A stretch of 64,000 nucleotides of DNA from Octopus sinensis (taxonomy: Eukaryota): the NCBI RefSeq assembly GCF_006345805.1, contig NC_042998.1, forward strand, positions 32,798,001-32,862,000, in the 5' to 3' direction. The notes beneath the pieces were generated by a model that saw only the letters and a list, made by a program, of their open reading frames with translations, ran no database searches and was not told where the DNA came from. The position numbers and the translations under genes were made by a program. Below, piece by piece: positions 24,050 through 37,596 of the stretch (position 1 is its first letter; every line of letters begins with the position of its first letter).

Positions 24050-24984
24050 ATATATATATACACATATATACACATATATACGACGGGCTTTTTTCAGGTT
24101 CCGTCTACCAAACCTGCTCACAAGGCTTTGGTTAGCCCGAGGCTATAGTAGAAGACACTTGCCCAAGGTGCCACCCAGTGGATCTGAACCTGGAACCATG
24201 TGGTTCGTAAGCAAGCTACTTAACACACAACAGTAAAATATTGAACGTTGACTTATGAGACGAATGTTCAAGTCTTGTCTTTATTCCAGATTCCGAAGGA
24301 AGTAATTATTGCTTCGTGATATTGGTTTCAAATTTTGGCACAAGGCCAGAATGTTCGAGCGGAGGGGATTAGTCGATTGTATCGGTCCCCGTGTTCAACT
24401 GGTACTTATTTTATCGACCCCGAAAGGATGAAAGGCAAAGTTGACCCAGGCCGTATTTGAACTCAGAACATAAAAACGGACGAAATGTCGCTCGGCATTT
24501 TGTCCGACGTGCTAACGATTCGCTCAGTTCACCACTTTGATGCATCATGAAATTAAATTTACATTACGATTTCGTTATGTTTTTAAGTAAGGTTTCTCCT
24601 TAGCTGTTCTTATTTCTCTAAGTACAAGAGTACAAACACAGTAGCAACAAACTTTCATAACGTACCTGCAATACATAACTATAATTAACTATAATTTCAA
24701 ATGGTTTAAATACAGTATCAGAATTAAACAGAAATACATCTGTAAAAAGGAGTAAAATTGGTAACAATTCTCTTTCCTTTGTTACAACTTTTCTTTTTGA
24801 GAGTATCAGTTGCGTACTGGGTCAATCTAATCGAGTACCAGCTGCAATCTAATCTAGAGTACCAGTTGCGTACTGGGGTCGATCTAATCGACTGGCTTCC
24901 TCTCCCAAAATTTCAGGTCTTGTGCCTAGAGTAGAAAAGAATAATTCTTTCATTTATAGAACAGGTTCTTTATATAATACAGTT

Positions 24985-25142
24985 CTAATTTTAAGAGATA
25001 ATGAATTATTTACAGTTGACGGATATTTGTCCTCATCTTGTTTATTGTTAGCATAACGTTTCGGCTGATATACCTTCCAGCTCTCATCAGGTGTCTTGGG
25101 GAAATTTCGAACTTGGGTTCTCATTCCTCAGGTATTTTTCAA
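24985..25142 (-). mobile_element. Family A body and tail with degenerate hammerhead
   Basis: Minus strand gacacctgatgagagctggaaggtatatcagccgaaacgttatgct at 25096-25051; continues into (AAT/GAT)n 25142-25478. Confidence 0.8.
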
Positions 25143-25202
<60 letters not shown>

Positions 25203-25478
25203 CATCATCATCATTATTATTATCATCATCATTATTATTATTATCATCATCATTATTATTATTATCATCATCAATATTATTATTATCATCATCATTATTA
25301 TTATTATCATCATCATTATTATTATAATCATCATCATTATATTATTATTATTATTATTATTATATTATTATTATTATTATTATTATATTATTATCATCAT
25401 CATTATTATATTATCATCATCATCATTATTATTATCATCATCATTATTATATTATCATCATCATTATATATTATTATT

Positions 25479-28400
25479 CTATGTTTGACTTTTGCTTTAT
25501 ATTGTACAAGTTGGCTCCAAGTCTCACCCAGAGACCTCAAGAGACAACAGGGTTGGAAGTTCATGTTGTTGTTATGCCTAGTGTGCCATATATTTGGGGG
25601 GTGGGGATGTTGTACTAATGAATGTCTAAAAAAAAAAGTTTTTTTTTTTTTTTTTTAAACCGAAAATTATGTTTGTTTTAACCTTGAGATTACATAGAGA
25701 GTATTTTGCGTAGGATATGAGCAGTTCCCATGAGCACTATCTTTTGAACTTCTGCCATTTTTGGGTTCCTGGTATCTGAGTTAGGTAGCTATCAGCCCCT
25801 TTTGCTATCATTCCCAGGGCACCTATGACAACAGGTATTGTTTTAGTCTTCAGCTTCCACATTTTGCTGATTTCTATTTCAAGATCTTTATATTTGCTCA
25901 GTTTTTGGTAGGTCTTGACAGATACGTTTATATCGATTGGGACAGTCATATCAATGAGAAGGCATGTTCTTTGTTTGAAGTTTTCAATATGATGTCTGGC
26001 CTATTTGCATCTATCTTCCTGTCAGTTTGAATGGTGAAGTTCCAGAGGAGTGAGATGTGGTCATTTTCAAGCACTGGGGGTGGTTTGTATTCCCACCAGT
26101 TTTTTTCATGGGGCAAATCCAGGTTTTTACAGATTACCCAGTGAATATATTGTGCAGCTCTATCGTGCCTGTTGAGATACTCTGTAGGCGCTAGAAGACT
26201 GCACTTGGAGACCACATGGTCAATGGTTTCATTTTGTTGCTTGCATACACGACACGTTGGACTGCTTCTGATCTTTAATATGTTGGCCTGGTAGTTTCTT
26301 GTTGGTAGGCATTGATCTTGAGCTGCTATGATAAACCCCTCTGTTTCAGATTTTAAGCCAGAGGCCATTAGCCATTGATGGGTCAGGGCTTTGTCGATAT
26401 CTGCATTATTCGCTCTCTTTGGGTATTTGCCATAGAGAGGTTTTTCTTGCCATTTATTATTCAGAATATCTAAGGCCGCAGTTTTGGCACGGGTTTTCAT
26501 GCGCCTAGCTTTTCTGTGCTTGTTTCTTGTATATCTATCTCTAATTCCGAAATTGGTTGTATTCGGAATTCACTTAGATATTCCTTTGCCTGTTTTGTGA
26601 CTGAGTATGATGCTTTCTTGTTTTCATGTTTTGAGACAAGTTTTAACATCCAGTCCTCAGAGTTTTTCAGGTAGGTGTCTAGGCCAATTGTAGCAATCTT
26701 CATTGTTATTGCCAGTTGCAAAAGACCACGGCCTCCCTCTTTTCTTGGCAGATAGAGTCGTTCTGTATCTGCCTTAGGGTGGTGCATTCTATGCATTGTC
26801 AACAGTTTCCTTATTTTTCTGTCGAGCTGACATATTTCAGTAATTGACCAGTTAACAATATTGAAACTGTAAGTCACGACTGGTATAGCTAATGCATTGA
26901 TTGCTTCGATCCTGTTTCTTGCATTCAGCTCTGTCTTGAGTATTGCTCTCACTCTTCGATAGCATTCTCTCCTGATCCTTTCCTTCATCTCTGAATGCCT
27001 TATTCCGTTCCCTTCAATTACCCCTAGGTACTTGTAGCTCTCCGCTGGGTCTAGTTCTTTTATGACATTCTGTTGGTCAAGGTTAACGTTAGATGTTTCT
27101 GTCATTTTTCCTTTGATAAAGGTAGCCTTTGCACATTTATCGAGGCCGAATTGCATTCTGATGTCGTCACTGAATTGTTTGACTATCGCTAGTAAGCCCT
27201 TGAGTTGTTGATCATTTTTTGCAAAAAGCTTTAAATCATCCATGTAAACGAGATGATTTATATTTTTATCAAACATTTTATACCCGTACTGCGCGTCATT
27301 GAGCAGCTTTGAGAGAGGTATTAAGGATAAACAAAAGAGGAGTGGTGACAGTGAGTCACCCTGGAAAATGCCACACGAAATTTTACATCACCAGCATTTA
27401 GGGATTCACTGTCACTGTTCAGAGTTAGTGTGGTTCTCCATGATCTCATACTTACAGTCAAGAAGTTTCGCAGAGTGGTGCTATCTTATACATTTCAAGG
27501 CATTTCCTAATCCAGCTATGTGGTAGGCTATCAAAAGCCTTTTTATAGTCTATCCAGGCTATTGATAAGTTTTTGTGTCGTTTGTGACAATCTTCTAAGA
27601 TCATCTTATTGATGAGTAGTTGGTCTTTACAGCCGTAGGATCCACGTTTACATCCTTTCTGTTCATTAGGGAATATGCTGCTGTCTGTTAAAAAACTATA
27701 GGTATATTCCGTCAGGACAGATGTTAGTGTTTTGTACATAGTTGTTAAGCAGGTTATGGGTCTATAGTTTTTTGGTTCATTTGTTTCTTCACTTTTTGGA
27801 AGCAGGAATGTTAACCCATTAACTAGCCAAGGAGGCATCCTACTAGGGTGTTGCAAAACATCATTGTACAGTTCTGTTAGCAGTTCATGGCTCTCTGGGA
27901 AGGCATTCAGCCAGAAGTTAGGAATTTTATCCTTTCCTGGAGACTTCCATTTGCTTGACCTCCTGAGAGCAGATCTTATATCTTCTACCTTGACACCCTC
28001 CCACTTTTGCTCTTCTAAGGGGTCCAGTTCTGTAGATATTCTGTCAATCCAGGGGGCCTTTTCGTTGTGTGTTTTTTCTTCTGCCCAGATTTTATTCCAA
28101 AATCTCTGCACTTCTTCTTTTGATGGTACAGACCCTGCAGTAAACGCTGTTTTTCCTATCTTCCTGTAAAAATTCTTGGTGTTATTTTTGAACATGTTGT
28201 TGTCCTTGAAAAATCTAACACGCTTTTCATACCTCGCTATGCGGGCAGCTTTGGCAGATACCTTTTGTTTGATGGTTTCTATGTGGCATCAATATCAAGT
28301 ATAGTTTTCATATTGTATTTTTCAGTAATTTTGGGTTTTTGTAGGTTTGGTAATCTTGTGAGCCTTAAGGTTTTTCAAATATTCAATGTCAGATCTAAAT

Positions 28401-29628
28401 ATTTTAATTTGTTGTTGCAGACGCTCTTGCCAAGAAGGCTTTTTGTGGGACTGTTGCCGTTTTCTAATCTTTACACACATAGGATCGTTGAGATTTTCGC
28501 GGATGCATAGTATAGGTGGTTGAGGTTTGTGATATCAACATCATTAACTGAAATTATATCCTTAAGTGCAAGCCGGATTTTACCAATTATTTTCATGTTT
28601 TGGTTAGAGTTGCGGATTTTAGGAAGTGTATCACGCTCATCCATGCTGGTTTCTTTAATTTTCAGCCATTCAATCATGATTTGATTTTTTAGCTCATGTA
28701 GTTCTGTTGGGTCAATATTTGTGTGACTTTCTTTATCTATTTGATGCTCATCTGTCTTAGTGTTTATGATTGGTTCAGGGCGTATTTCACTTTGCCTATC
28801 ACTTATACTAACTCTTTCAATCCTCTCTTCGTTTTTATCCGCCCTGGGCTGGTCTATAATCATTTCCTCTGTATTATTCTCTAGCTGCAGCTTCGTTCAT
28901 TTTATCCGATATTGCTTGTCTAACCTGATCAATCTCTACTTCAGTCAGTAATTCTTTTTTTATAATGTTTCTTCTAACATTGGCAAGCTTGTTACTGTCT
29001 ATGTAGGGTCTTACTTCAGGGTGTTTCTGTCTCCAGTTTAAGTATGCTTGTACAGTGCTAGACTTATCTGTGGGATATATGGCATGGTAGAAGGCCTCAA
29101 GAACTTCTTTATTATCTTCCCTAGACCATTTTTCCTTCTTTTTCTTTTGATTATTTGGTGATGAGCATGGATGGCCATCTGTTGGAATATTCCGGTTGTG
29201 GGGTTCGTCCAGCTCCTGTGTGTTGGGAAGATTTGATCCAGTAACTGATTTTTCAATCAGGATTTGGTTCAATTTTCGGGTACGTGGTCTTTTGTAATCC
29301 GCGCAATGACCAATGCGGTTTATTGTTTGATTTGTTGACCTTGAAGCATGACGAGCATCCATTCTTATATTAGGAGATGGATCTGTCAGTTTAGGGTTCA
29401 CTACATGTAAGCATTGCTCATAGCGCCGCTTCTTAAGACTAGCAGATCTATATTCGTCTGTATTTTTTTTGTTGATAGTTTTATCTCCGGACATTTTTTT
29501 TTTTTTTTTTTTTTCCTTTCCTCCTCTTCCTTTCTTCAAGGCTTACTGTGTCTGTATTAGTTCGAAATAATGAGAATAAAATACGGAGAAGGAAACGAAA
29601 AGAAAGGGAAAAAGACGGGATCTGTCAG
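25479..29628 (-). mobile_element. Near-full-length R4/Dong-clade non-LTR retrotransposon (RLE type), frameshifted
   Basis: Collinear ORF pieces: N-terminal KWSREDNKEVLEAFY...KLANVRRNI; RT KSPGKDKIPNFW, NYRPITCL, WIDYKKAFDS, HLVYMDDLKLF; CCHC CRVCKQQNETIDHVVSKC; RLE NRPDIIL..KLSKYKDL. (AAT)n-type repeats on both sides. Confidence 0.9.
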
Positions 29629-30405
29629 TTATTATTGTTATTACTATCATCTTCACCACCATCACCATCATCAGCAACATCACCATCACCATCATCATCT
29701 TCAATGACATGTTTTATGTGTAGCCACAGCCACCATCAACACTCCATTGTGTTGGAGAATGGGTGGTTAAAGAATTCATGTTCTTTGGGTCTATAAATAG
29801 CTACGGTAGATGGTGGAGACAAAGGACGTTAATGGTCAGTAAAAGGTCAAACCTGTTTACGTTTATTTATTTATTTATTTTTTTTCCTTTCTCTTTTCTT
29901 CTTCACCACATGCATATGTATATGTATATATATGTATATTCACTCACACATATTATCTGATGTTTTCGTCGAAGATTTTTTTCTTTTTTTAAATAACTTT
30001 CTGAGTTCAATGTTATGTATATATTTTTAAATTTCTGAATTCAGTTGTATGTATATAGTAGTAGGTGCTTAATTCCATAACTTTTTATCGTGCATTTAAT
30101 TGTGTTGTTACAATAAAAGGTAATTTAAAAGGCAATTTTACACATTCTTATAGTCATGAGAGACGACTAAATGTAAATGTTCACACAGAATTGGAGATAT
30201 TTATGTTTCTAATTTTTCTTGTTAGGTGTACGTTTGTATGAGCTGTAGATATGTAAGTTTTTTTTTTTTACTTATTTTGAGGGTAATTCAATTACTTACA
30301 GTAAACAGTAGATCTTCCAGTTTTCTACAGTTGACCTGCTGGGTTCGCTGTTGCCAGTTCAGAGCATCGTAAAAATACGTCCATCCTCTGTCACGTCCAG
30401 CCGCC

Positions 30406-30407
<2 letters not shown>

Positions 30408-30442
<35 letters not shown>

Positions 30443-30885
30443 CATATCATTATTATATTATCATCATCATTATTATTATTATTATATCATCATCATTATT
30501 TTATTATCATCATTATTATTATATATCATCATCATTATATTATTATCATCATATATTATTATTATTATCATCATCATCATTATTATTATTATCATCATCA
30601 TCATATTATTATTATTATTATTATTATTATTATCATCATCATTATTATTATTATCATCATCATCATTATTATTATCATCATCATTATTATTATTATCATC
30701 ATCATTATTATTATTATCATCATCATTATTATTATCATCATCATCATTATTATTATCATCATCATCATCATTATTATTATCATCATCATCATTATTATTA
30801 TTATCATCATCTTCATTATTATTATTATTATTATTCAGGTCACTGCCTAGAATCAAACTCTTAACCACTACGCCATATACCCACG
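30408..30885 (-). mobile_element. Family A head (internally deleted) followed by long (AAT/GAT)n
   Basis: ttattcaggtcactgcc...ttaaccactacgccatatacccacgg, then the microsatellite toward lower coordinates. Confidence 0.75.
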
Positions 30886-30965
30886 GCTTATGGCGTAGTG
30901 GTTAAGAGCGCTGGCTACTAATCCCAAGATTCCATGCAGTGACCTGAATAATAATGATGATGTTG

Positions 30966-31026
<61 letters not shown>

Positions 31027-31200
31027 TAATAACAACAACAACAACATCGAAAAATACCTAAGGAATGAGAACCCAGGTTCGAAATTTCCCCAAGAGACCT
31101 GATGAAGGCTGGAGGGTATATCAGCCGAAGTGATGTGTTAACAACAAACAAGATGAGGACAAATGTCCGTCAAATGTAAATAATGTAAATAAGGTTCTTT
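30886..31200 (+). mobile_element. Family A element lacking its B-box, degenerate hammerhead
   Basis: tatggcgtagtggttaagagcg... (AAT)n ...CTGATGA at 31099-31105, then GAAG instead of GAAA. Confidence 0.8.
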
Positions 31201-32904
31201 ATATCTTAAATAGTCTGGAATCTAATGAAAAGTAAATTTGAACTCAGAACATAAAAACGGACGAAATGTCGCTCGGCTCTTGAAATCTGCCACTTGAAGA
31301 ACGGAACCACAAGTAATGACGTATGTAAACAGGTTGATTGCAACTGATAAGCAAAAAGTCAAATACCTAAGGCAAGTTGATTATTGAATGAACGAATATG
31401 TTATTTAGCTGTTAATGTAATTAGGAAACAGCTGATTCCGAATGATGTATGTACGACGTAATTAATGTGAAATTACCATTAAATGCTTAGCAATTAGCTG
31501 AGCATCAAGTCATCAGGTGATGTGTTCACAATTTACAGAAAAGGGGGAAATATTTCAGTACACGATAAAGGTTATATTATGCTAGAAAAGAGAAATATCA
31601 CTTCATAAATATTTACTCTGAGTTTTTATCCTATTTTGATTTAAGGAAGCAATCAGTGAATCAATAAGTATCACATATCGTCGTGACACTCCGTCGGTTA
31701 CGACGTCGAGGGTTCCAATTGATCCGATCAACGGAACAGCCTGCTCGTGAAATGAATTGTTATTCACACTGTGCAAGATCCCACAGAGTGAATAAGTTAG
31801 TGTGAATAAAGGACAGAGTCAAAACTACTGAAAAGGTTGCAAGACGCAACGAAAATTTTAGGAAAATACAAATAAGAAATAAGTGGTAATTTTACCGGTG
31901 AGTGTGTTAAATTATAAGGCACCAAAAGAGAATGACTCTGCCCAGACACAGCAGAATATGCTTCAACACACGAATTCACATAAAGAATCTTGCAAACCAA
32001 ATCCAAAAACGAAATATGTTTCTGTGCTTCTTGGGGTGTGTGTTGCGATATAAATTGGTGCATTTAGTGTATTTCAGGCGTTTTCTTTCTCCTTTGTAAT
32101 TTGAAATTTTAATAGCTTTTGGCAAATTCTGTTTCGCTCTCAATCAACTTTGTTTTGTATAATCTTTCAAGTAGTATTTGTTTTAATTCTTGGAGTGTTT
32201 GTTTTAAGTTATAAAATTCCAAATGTTTGAGCCAATTCTTCAAACTAGATTAAATGATATGTTTGTCTTCTTAGGTTTACGGCGGCAATCTGTCCGTTTG
32301 TGGATGGCGGTTTGGATATTTGTATTTTTTGTATTATTAAAACACCCGGAAGATCTTTCTGTCTCAAACTACCATTAAAAAACATCATTAAATTGTGAAA
32401 CTGGTTAAACAAATATAAAACACCAAGTGCATTTTCAAGATATTTTCTTTTTCTTACCTTCACGTACATGCACACACCACACATATAAAACACAGACACA
32501 CACATACACACACACATACACTTATATATATATATTTATATATATATATGTGTGTGTGTGTGTGTGGTCGTAAATATGGAAAAAGGAAATAAACCTAGCA
32601 TGCTTATCGTTCAGTTGTTTGGTTGATGCTAAAAAAATTCGACGTAAGTGCATGATTCCTCGAAAATGTAGAATGGTATTAGAATGGTTAAACATGTGGC
32701 AGTAAGGCAAATTTAGCGTTTTAATCTTTAAGAATTTCCGCCTAGGATATCCTTCTATCGATCGCGATTCCCAAGGCTGTTAAATAAGTTTTCAGGACGT
32801 AATGTCTTTGAAAATTTGCATATATTAACGACGTGGTTCAAAGAGCAAAGTTTCTTGAATGGTTGTAGAAAAAATTCAAAGCAGACAAGTATGATTTAGG
32901 ATTC

Positions 32905-33150
32905 TGGGGCCTGGATATCAGCATAGCAAAGACTGAAGTATTAAATAAGAAGGGATACTATGAACTTTCTGTGATATCTGGGAAGTGGATTTGTACGATA
33001 TGCAGTAAAAGAGTTGGTAAGAAAAACAACAGTGAGACCTCTGGCAGGTTGGCAGATAACAAGGAATCGATCTATGATCGACTCGCAAAAATATTTTTGA
33101 GTAGGAACACACTTGAAATGATGTCTCTGGACTGTTTAAACATGGTCAAT
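32905..33150 (+). mobile_element. Decayed RTE-clade LINE internal fragment
   Basis: KTEVLNKKGYYELSVISGKWICTICSKRVGK resembles the RTE KTKV...GKWPCxxCxKGVG cysteine motif downstream of RT. Confidence 0.5.
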
Positions 33151-33944
33151 GATAATTGTTTTGACAGACAGCTTATAAGTAGTGAGATTACAAACTTTAC
33201 CTACGAGTACTATTATAATTTATATCTTTATATACTTCAAGTCCTATGGTTAAAACCGGATGTGTGTGTGTATCTAAATTTGTATGTACATATGTAAGTA
33301 GATATCTGTCTATTTATATAAGAATGTATGTATATATGCATGTGTATATATGCATACAGACACACATATGCTTTTCCCTGAACCTCCCTAGGGCTTCATA
33401 GATCAAGCGGACCTATAATGAAATGGATTCCAGCTCTGACTGTTCCATCTTTATTGGGGAATATTAAATATAGAGCTGTATTATCCAAAATGTCCTCTGT
33501 TTCGTTTACGGACAACAGCTCGAGAATTGAAGTAGATTTAACTGTTAATATTTCTCAGCAAGTCAAGCATCCCTTAAGTAACTCAGTTTTTGGATCATAA
33601 AAGTGACTCTTTTAACAGCACTGGGAAAATAAGGCATCCAATTTTATGCTTCAGTCCCTTTCACTGCATCTCAGGCATGGTCAAAATTTCTCATGTAGAA
33701 GCTGACACTCGAATAAAAATCACTTCTACAACCGTATAGAAAACAAACCGTCTTATTGAGACAAACGTAGCCGTAGTTACTTTCTGAGTTTCCTTCTGGA
33801 AATAACTTTATATATCTCTCTGCTAGTACGACTCAAGAATGATATCGAAATTATCTTAACACATTGACACATTTATGACGTTTTTCTTTCTGAAAAAAAA
33901 AAAGAAAAAAAGAAACCTTCGTCTTCTTCATAAACTATCGGAAT

Positions 33945-33951
33945 AATAATA

Positions 33952-34016
<65 letters not shown>

Positions 34017-34081
34017 TTAATAATAATAATAATAATGATAATAATAATATTAATAATAATAATAATGATAATAATAATAAT

Positions 34082-34136
<55 letters not shown>

Positions 34137-34150
34137 TAATAATGATAATA
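33945..34150. repeat. (AAT)n microsatellite
   Basis: Directly visible. Confidence 0.95.
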
Positions 34151-34765
34151 AAAGCATGATAGAAAGAACAATGAAGAGAGAAAAATGTTTTCCCTTTCAA
34201 TGAATTAAATGAAAAATCAATATTAGTGCCAATGTTTTTTCATTCATTTTTTGTTTGTTTATTGTTTGTGTTCATTGTAATTTTGTCGCTCAAACACTTT
34301 ATTTGCAACTTAATTTGTGTTTTGCATTCAGTATATTGTCTGTAGAGAGATAGTTTTGTACGATAGATTTCCAAAGGTTCTTAATTTCCAAGTTTCGTGC
34401 CTTTGTATCATTTGCATTGATCTATTCATTCCTAAGTACTCTTTGAGTGTTGTATTTTTTTATTGTTTTATTTCGTTTCTTTTTTTTCTTTTTTGCTAAA
34501 GAATCACGAAATGGCCCAACCTCCCAATCAGCCTTTACCAAATGTTTAAATGTATTTGCTTTGTTGTAGCATAAGATCAATAATAAATTGAAGTTGTGTG
34601 TTTGGAATAGGAATCAAATTTACCATTATTATGACTTTAAAAACCGTTCATTATGATAATATCAGTCAGAGCAAAGGAAAAACAAATCGTTAGTATCTTA
34701 TTATTACACATATATGTGTGTTTATGTATATATGTACAAATAAATACATATGTATATGCATATAT

Positions 34766-34816
<51 letters not shown>

Positions 34817-35155
34817 ATTATATATATATAATATATATATATATATAAATATATATATATATAAATAAATATATATATACATACATATATATATATACAT
34901 ACATACACACACATGCATATACACGTGCGCACAGACACACACACTTACACATATACAAATTATGTTCTTAATAATAGGATAAATTCGGAAAACAATACTT
35001 CACTTCAGTATAACATAAAGTATATTTCTATTACCCTACGTCACTATCAATCTTTGAAATCACACGATTTTCCTTCAGACGCCAGAAAGACACCTTCCCA
35101 AACGGCTTGTCGATCGTATGGTTCGATTTTAGAAACAAAACCAGTTTAAATTAGA

Positions 35156-35249
35156 GCATGCATAAATAAAGGTTTTATGATTTATTCGTAGTAAACCTTA
35201 ATGCATGCATAAATAAAGGTTTTATGATTTATTCGTAGTAAACCTTAAT
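35156..35249 (+). repeat. Exact 47-bp tandem duplication
   Basis: gcatgcataaataaaggttttatgatttattcgtagtaaaccttaat twice (35156 and 35203). Confidence 0.9.
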
Positions 35250-35400
35250 ATCAAATTATAAGGTTTCAGAGTTTCAGAAATGATTGGAATCAATGATTAA
35301 TGAAAATGTGAATTTGTTTCGTATGGGGAACGTTCTTAATCTTAGGCAGAGCATTCTTGGTGATTTTACTTATGTTTAATTTCGTAGGATTTATAAATGA

Positions 35401-35444
<44 letters not shown>

Positions 35445-35493
35445 CTCTATCTATCTATCTATCTATCTATATATCTATCTATCTATCTATCTA

Positions 35494-35553
<60 letters not shown>

Positions 35554-35554
<1 letters not shown>

Positions 35555-35675
35555 AAGGAAATGAAGAAAATGCTGGCAAAATAATTTAAGTAAGGGAGAG
35601 TGTATTTAATTTCACCTAATTAAATACACTCTCCCTTACTTAAATTATTTTGTCAGCATTTTCTTCATTTCCTTT
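35554..35675. repeat. 58-bp near-perfect inverted repeat with 6-nt loop
   Basis: Arms 35554-35611 and 35618-35675, loop tcacct, one mismatch (G-U pair in + strand RNA). Confidence 0.95.
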
Positions 35676-35713
35676 TTTTATATATCACAACTCGTGTTCC
35701 ACATCTCCTTTTT

Positions 35714-35754
<41 letters not shown>

Positions 35755-36694
35755 TCATCATCATCATCATCATCATCGCTTTCCGCGCTAGCACGGGTTG
35801 GACGGTTCGACCGGGGTCTGGGAAGCCAGGGGCTGCACCAGGCTCCAGTCTGATCTGGCAGTGTTTTTACAGCTGGATGCCCTTCCTAACGCCAACCACT
35901 CCGCAAATGTAGTGGGTGTTTTTTACGTGCCACCGGCACAGGTGCCAGGGGAGTCTGGCAGCGGCCACGATTGGTTGGTGCTTTTAACGTGCCACCGGCA
36001 CGGAAGCCAGTCAAGGCGGTGCTGGCATCGGCCACGTTCGGATGGTGCTTTTTACGTGCCACTGGCACAGAAGCCAGTCGAGGCGGCGCTGGCATCGGCC
36101 ACATATATATAAACACGTAATTTTGAAATTAAAATGTTTTTTTTTATACAGTTGAGCGGATTAATGTGAACTATTTTCTAATATGCGATTATTATACTCT
36201 GGTTATGAATATATTCTGGCCACGGCTCGTGATCTTAAAATGCTCCCACGGCTTTGTTTTATTTTTACTCTGCTAATCGAATTCATAATAAAACGAAAGG
36301 ACTTATTTTATATCCATTTGATATATAGATTTTATTTTTGTCACAATACACATGTTTCGCAAGTTACGTATTTACGTTATATTTTCTATTCAGTTTTGAC
36401 AGATAGAGATTGTTTTCTAAAATCGATAGTTGTTTCGAATGTGGACATTTTATACTCAAAATTTTGTATAAAAGTCTTGATCGGTGATCACCTCTTTGTT
36501 TCAAAAACAAATTTAAGGTTATTTATCAGGTTCATATATTCTTCCGCGAAACAGTGAATTTGTCATCCTAATTTGTGATGTAACTGTTAGTTTTGGATAT
36601 TTTTAATACTGAACTTCTTTGGAGGAAGAGCCTTTCAAAATTGTATTCATTGGTAATAGAAAATTTCAAGACAATATATTCAAATCTAATATTT

Positions 36695-37225
36695 ATTTCT
36701 TTATTGCACACAAGGGACTAAATATAGAGGGGACAAGCAAGGACAGACAAATGGATGATTACATTGACGCCAGTGCATAACTGGTACCTATTTAATTGAC
36801 CCCGAAAGGCAAAGTTGACCTCGGCGGAATTTGAATTCTGAACGTAACGGCAGACGAAATACCTGTTTCTTTACTACCCACAAGGGGCTAAACTCAGAGA
36901 GGACAAACAAGGACAGACAAACGGATTAAACCGATTATATCAACCTCAGTGCGTAACTGGCATTTATTTTAATCGACCCCGAAAGGATGAAAGGCAAAGT
37001 TGACCTCGGCGGAATTTGAACTCTGAACGTAACGGCAGACGAAATACCTGTTTCGTTACTGCCCACAAGGGGCTAAACTCAGAGAGGACAAACAAGGACA
37101 AACAAACTGATTAAACCGATTATATCGACCCCAGTGCGTAACTGGTACTTATTTAATCGACCCCGAAAGGATGAAAGGCAAAGTCGACCTCGGCGGAATT
37201 TGAACTCAGAACGTAGCGGCAGATG
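36695..37225 (-). mobile_element. Tandem array of three family B SINE units (tail type 1)
   Basis: Units joined as ...gacgaaatacc|tgtttc(t/g)ttact... Confidence 0.85.
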
Positions 37226-37565
37226 TATGTATGAATGAATGACAGGCTTCTTGCTTCTACCTACCAGATCCACTCACAAAGCTATGGCGAGAAATAAGCT
37301 ATAGAAGATACTTGCCCCAATGCCACACAATGGGATTGAACCCGAAGCCATGTTGTTGGGAAGCAAACTTCTTACCCCACAACCAGAGATAGTGCTAGAC
37401 ATAGGCAGATAAATAATAGAGAGAAGGATGTGTGTATGAAGTATCTAATAGCAATTCGGTTTTTATGTCACACGACAAATCATTGATGCGCTGGGAACGT
37501 TATTTCTATGGCGCATCTTATGGTGCTGGTGGGGAGGATGGAGGGTGATCATGAGAATAACAACA

Positions 37566-37596
<31 letters not shown>

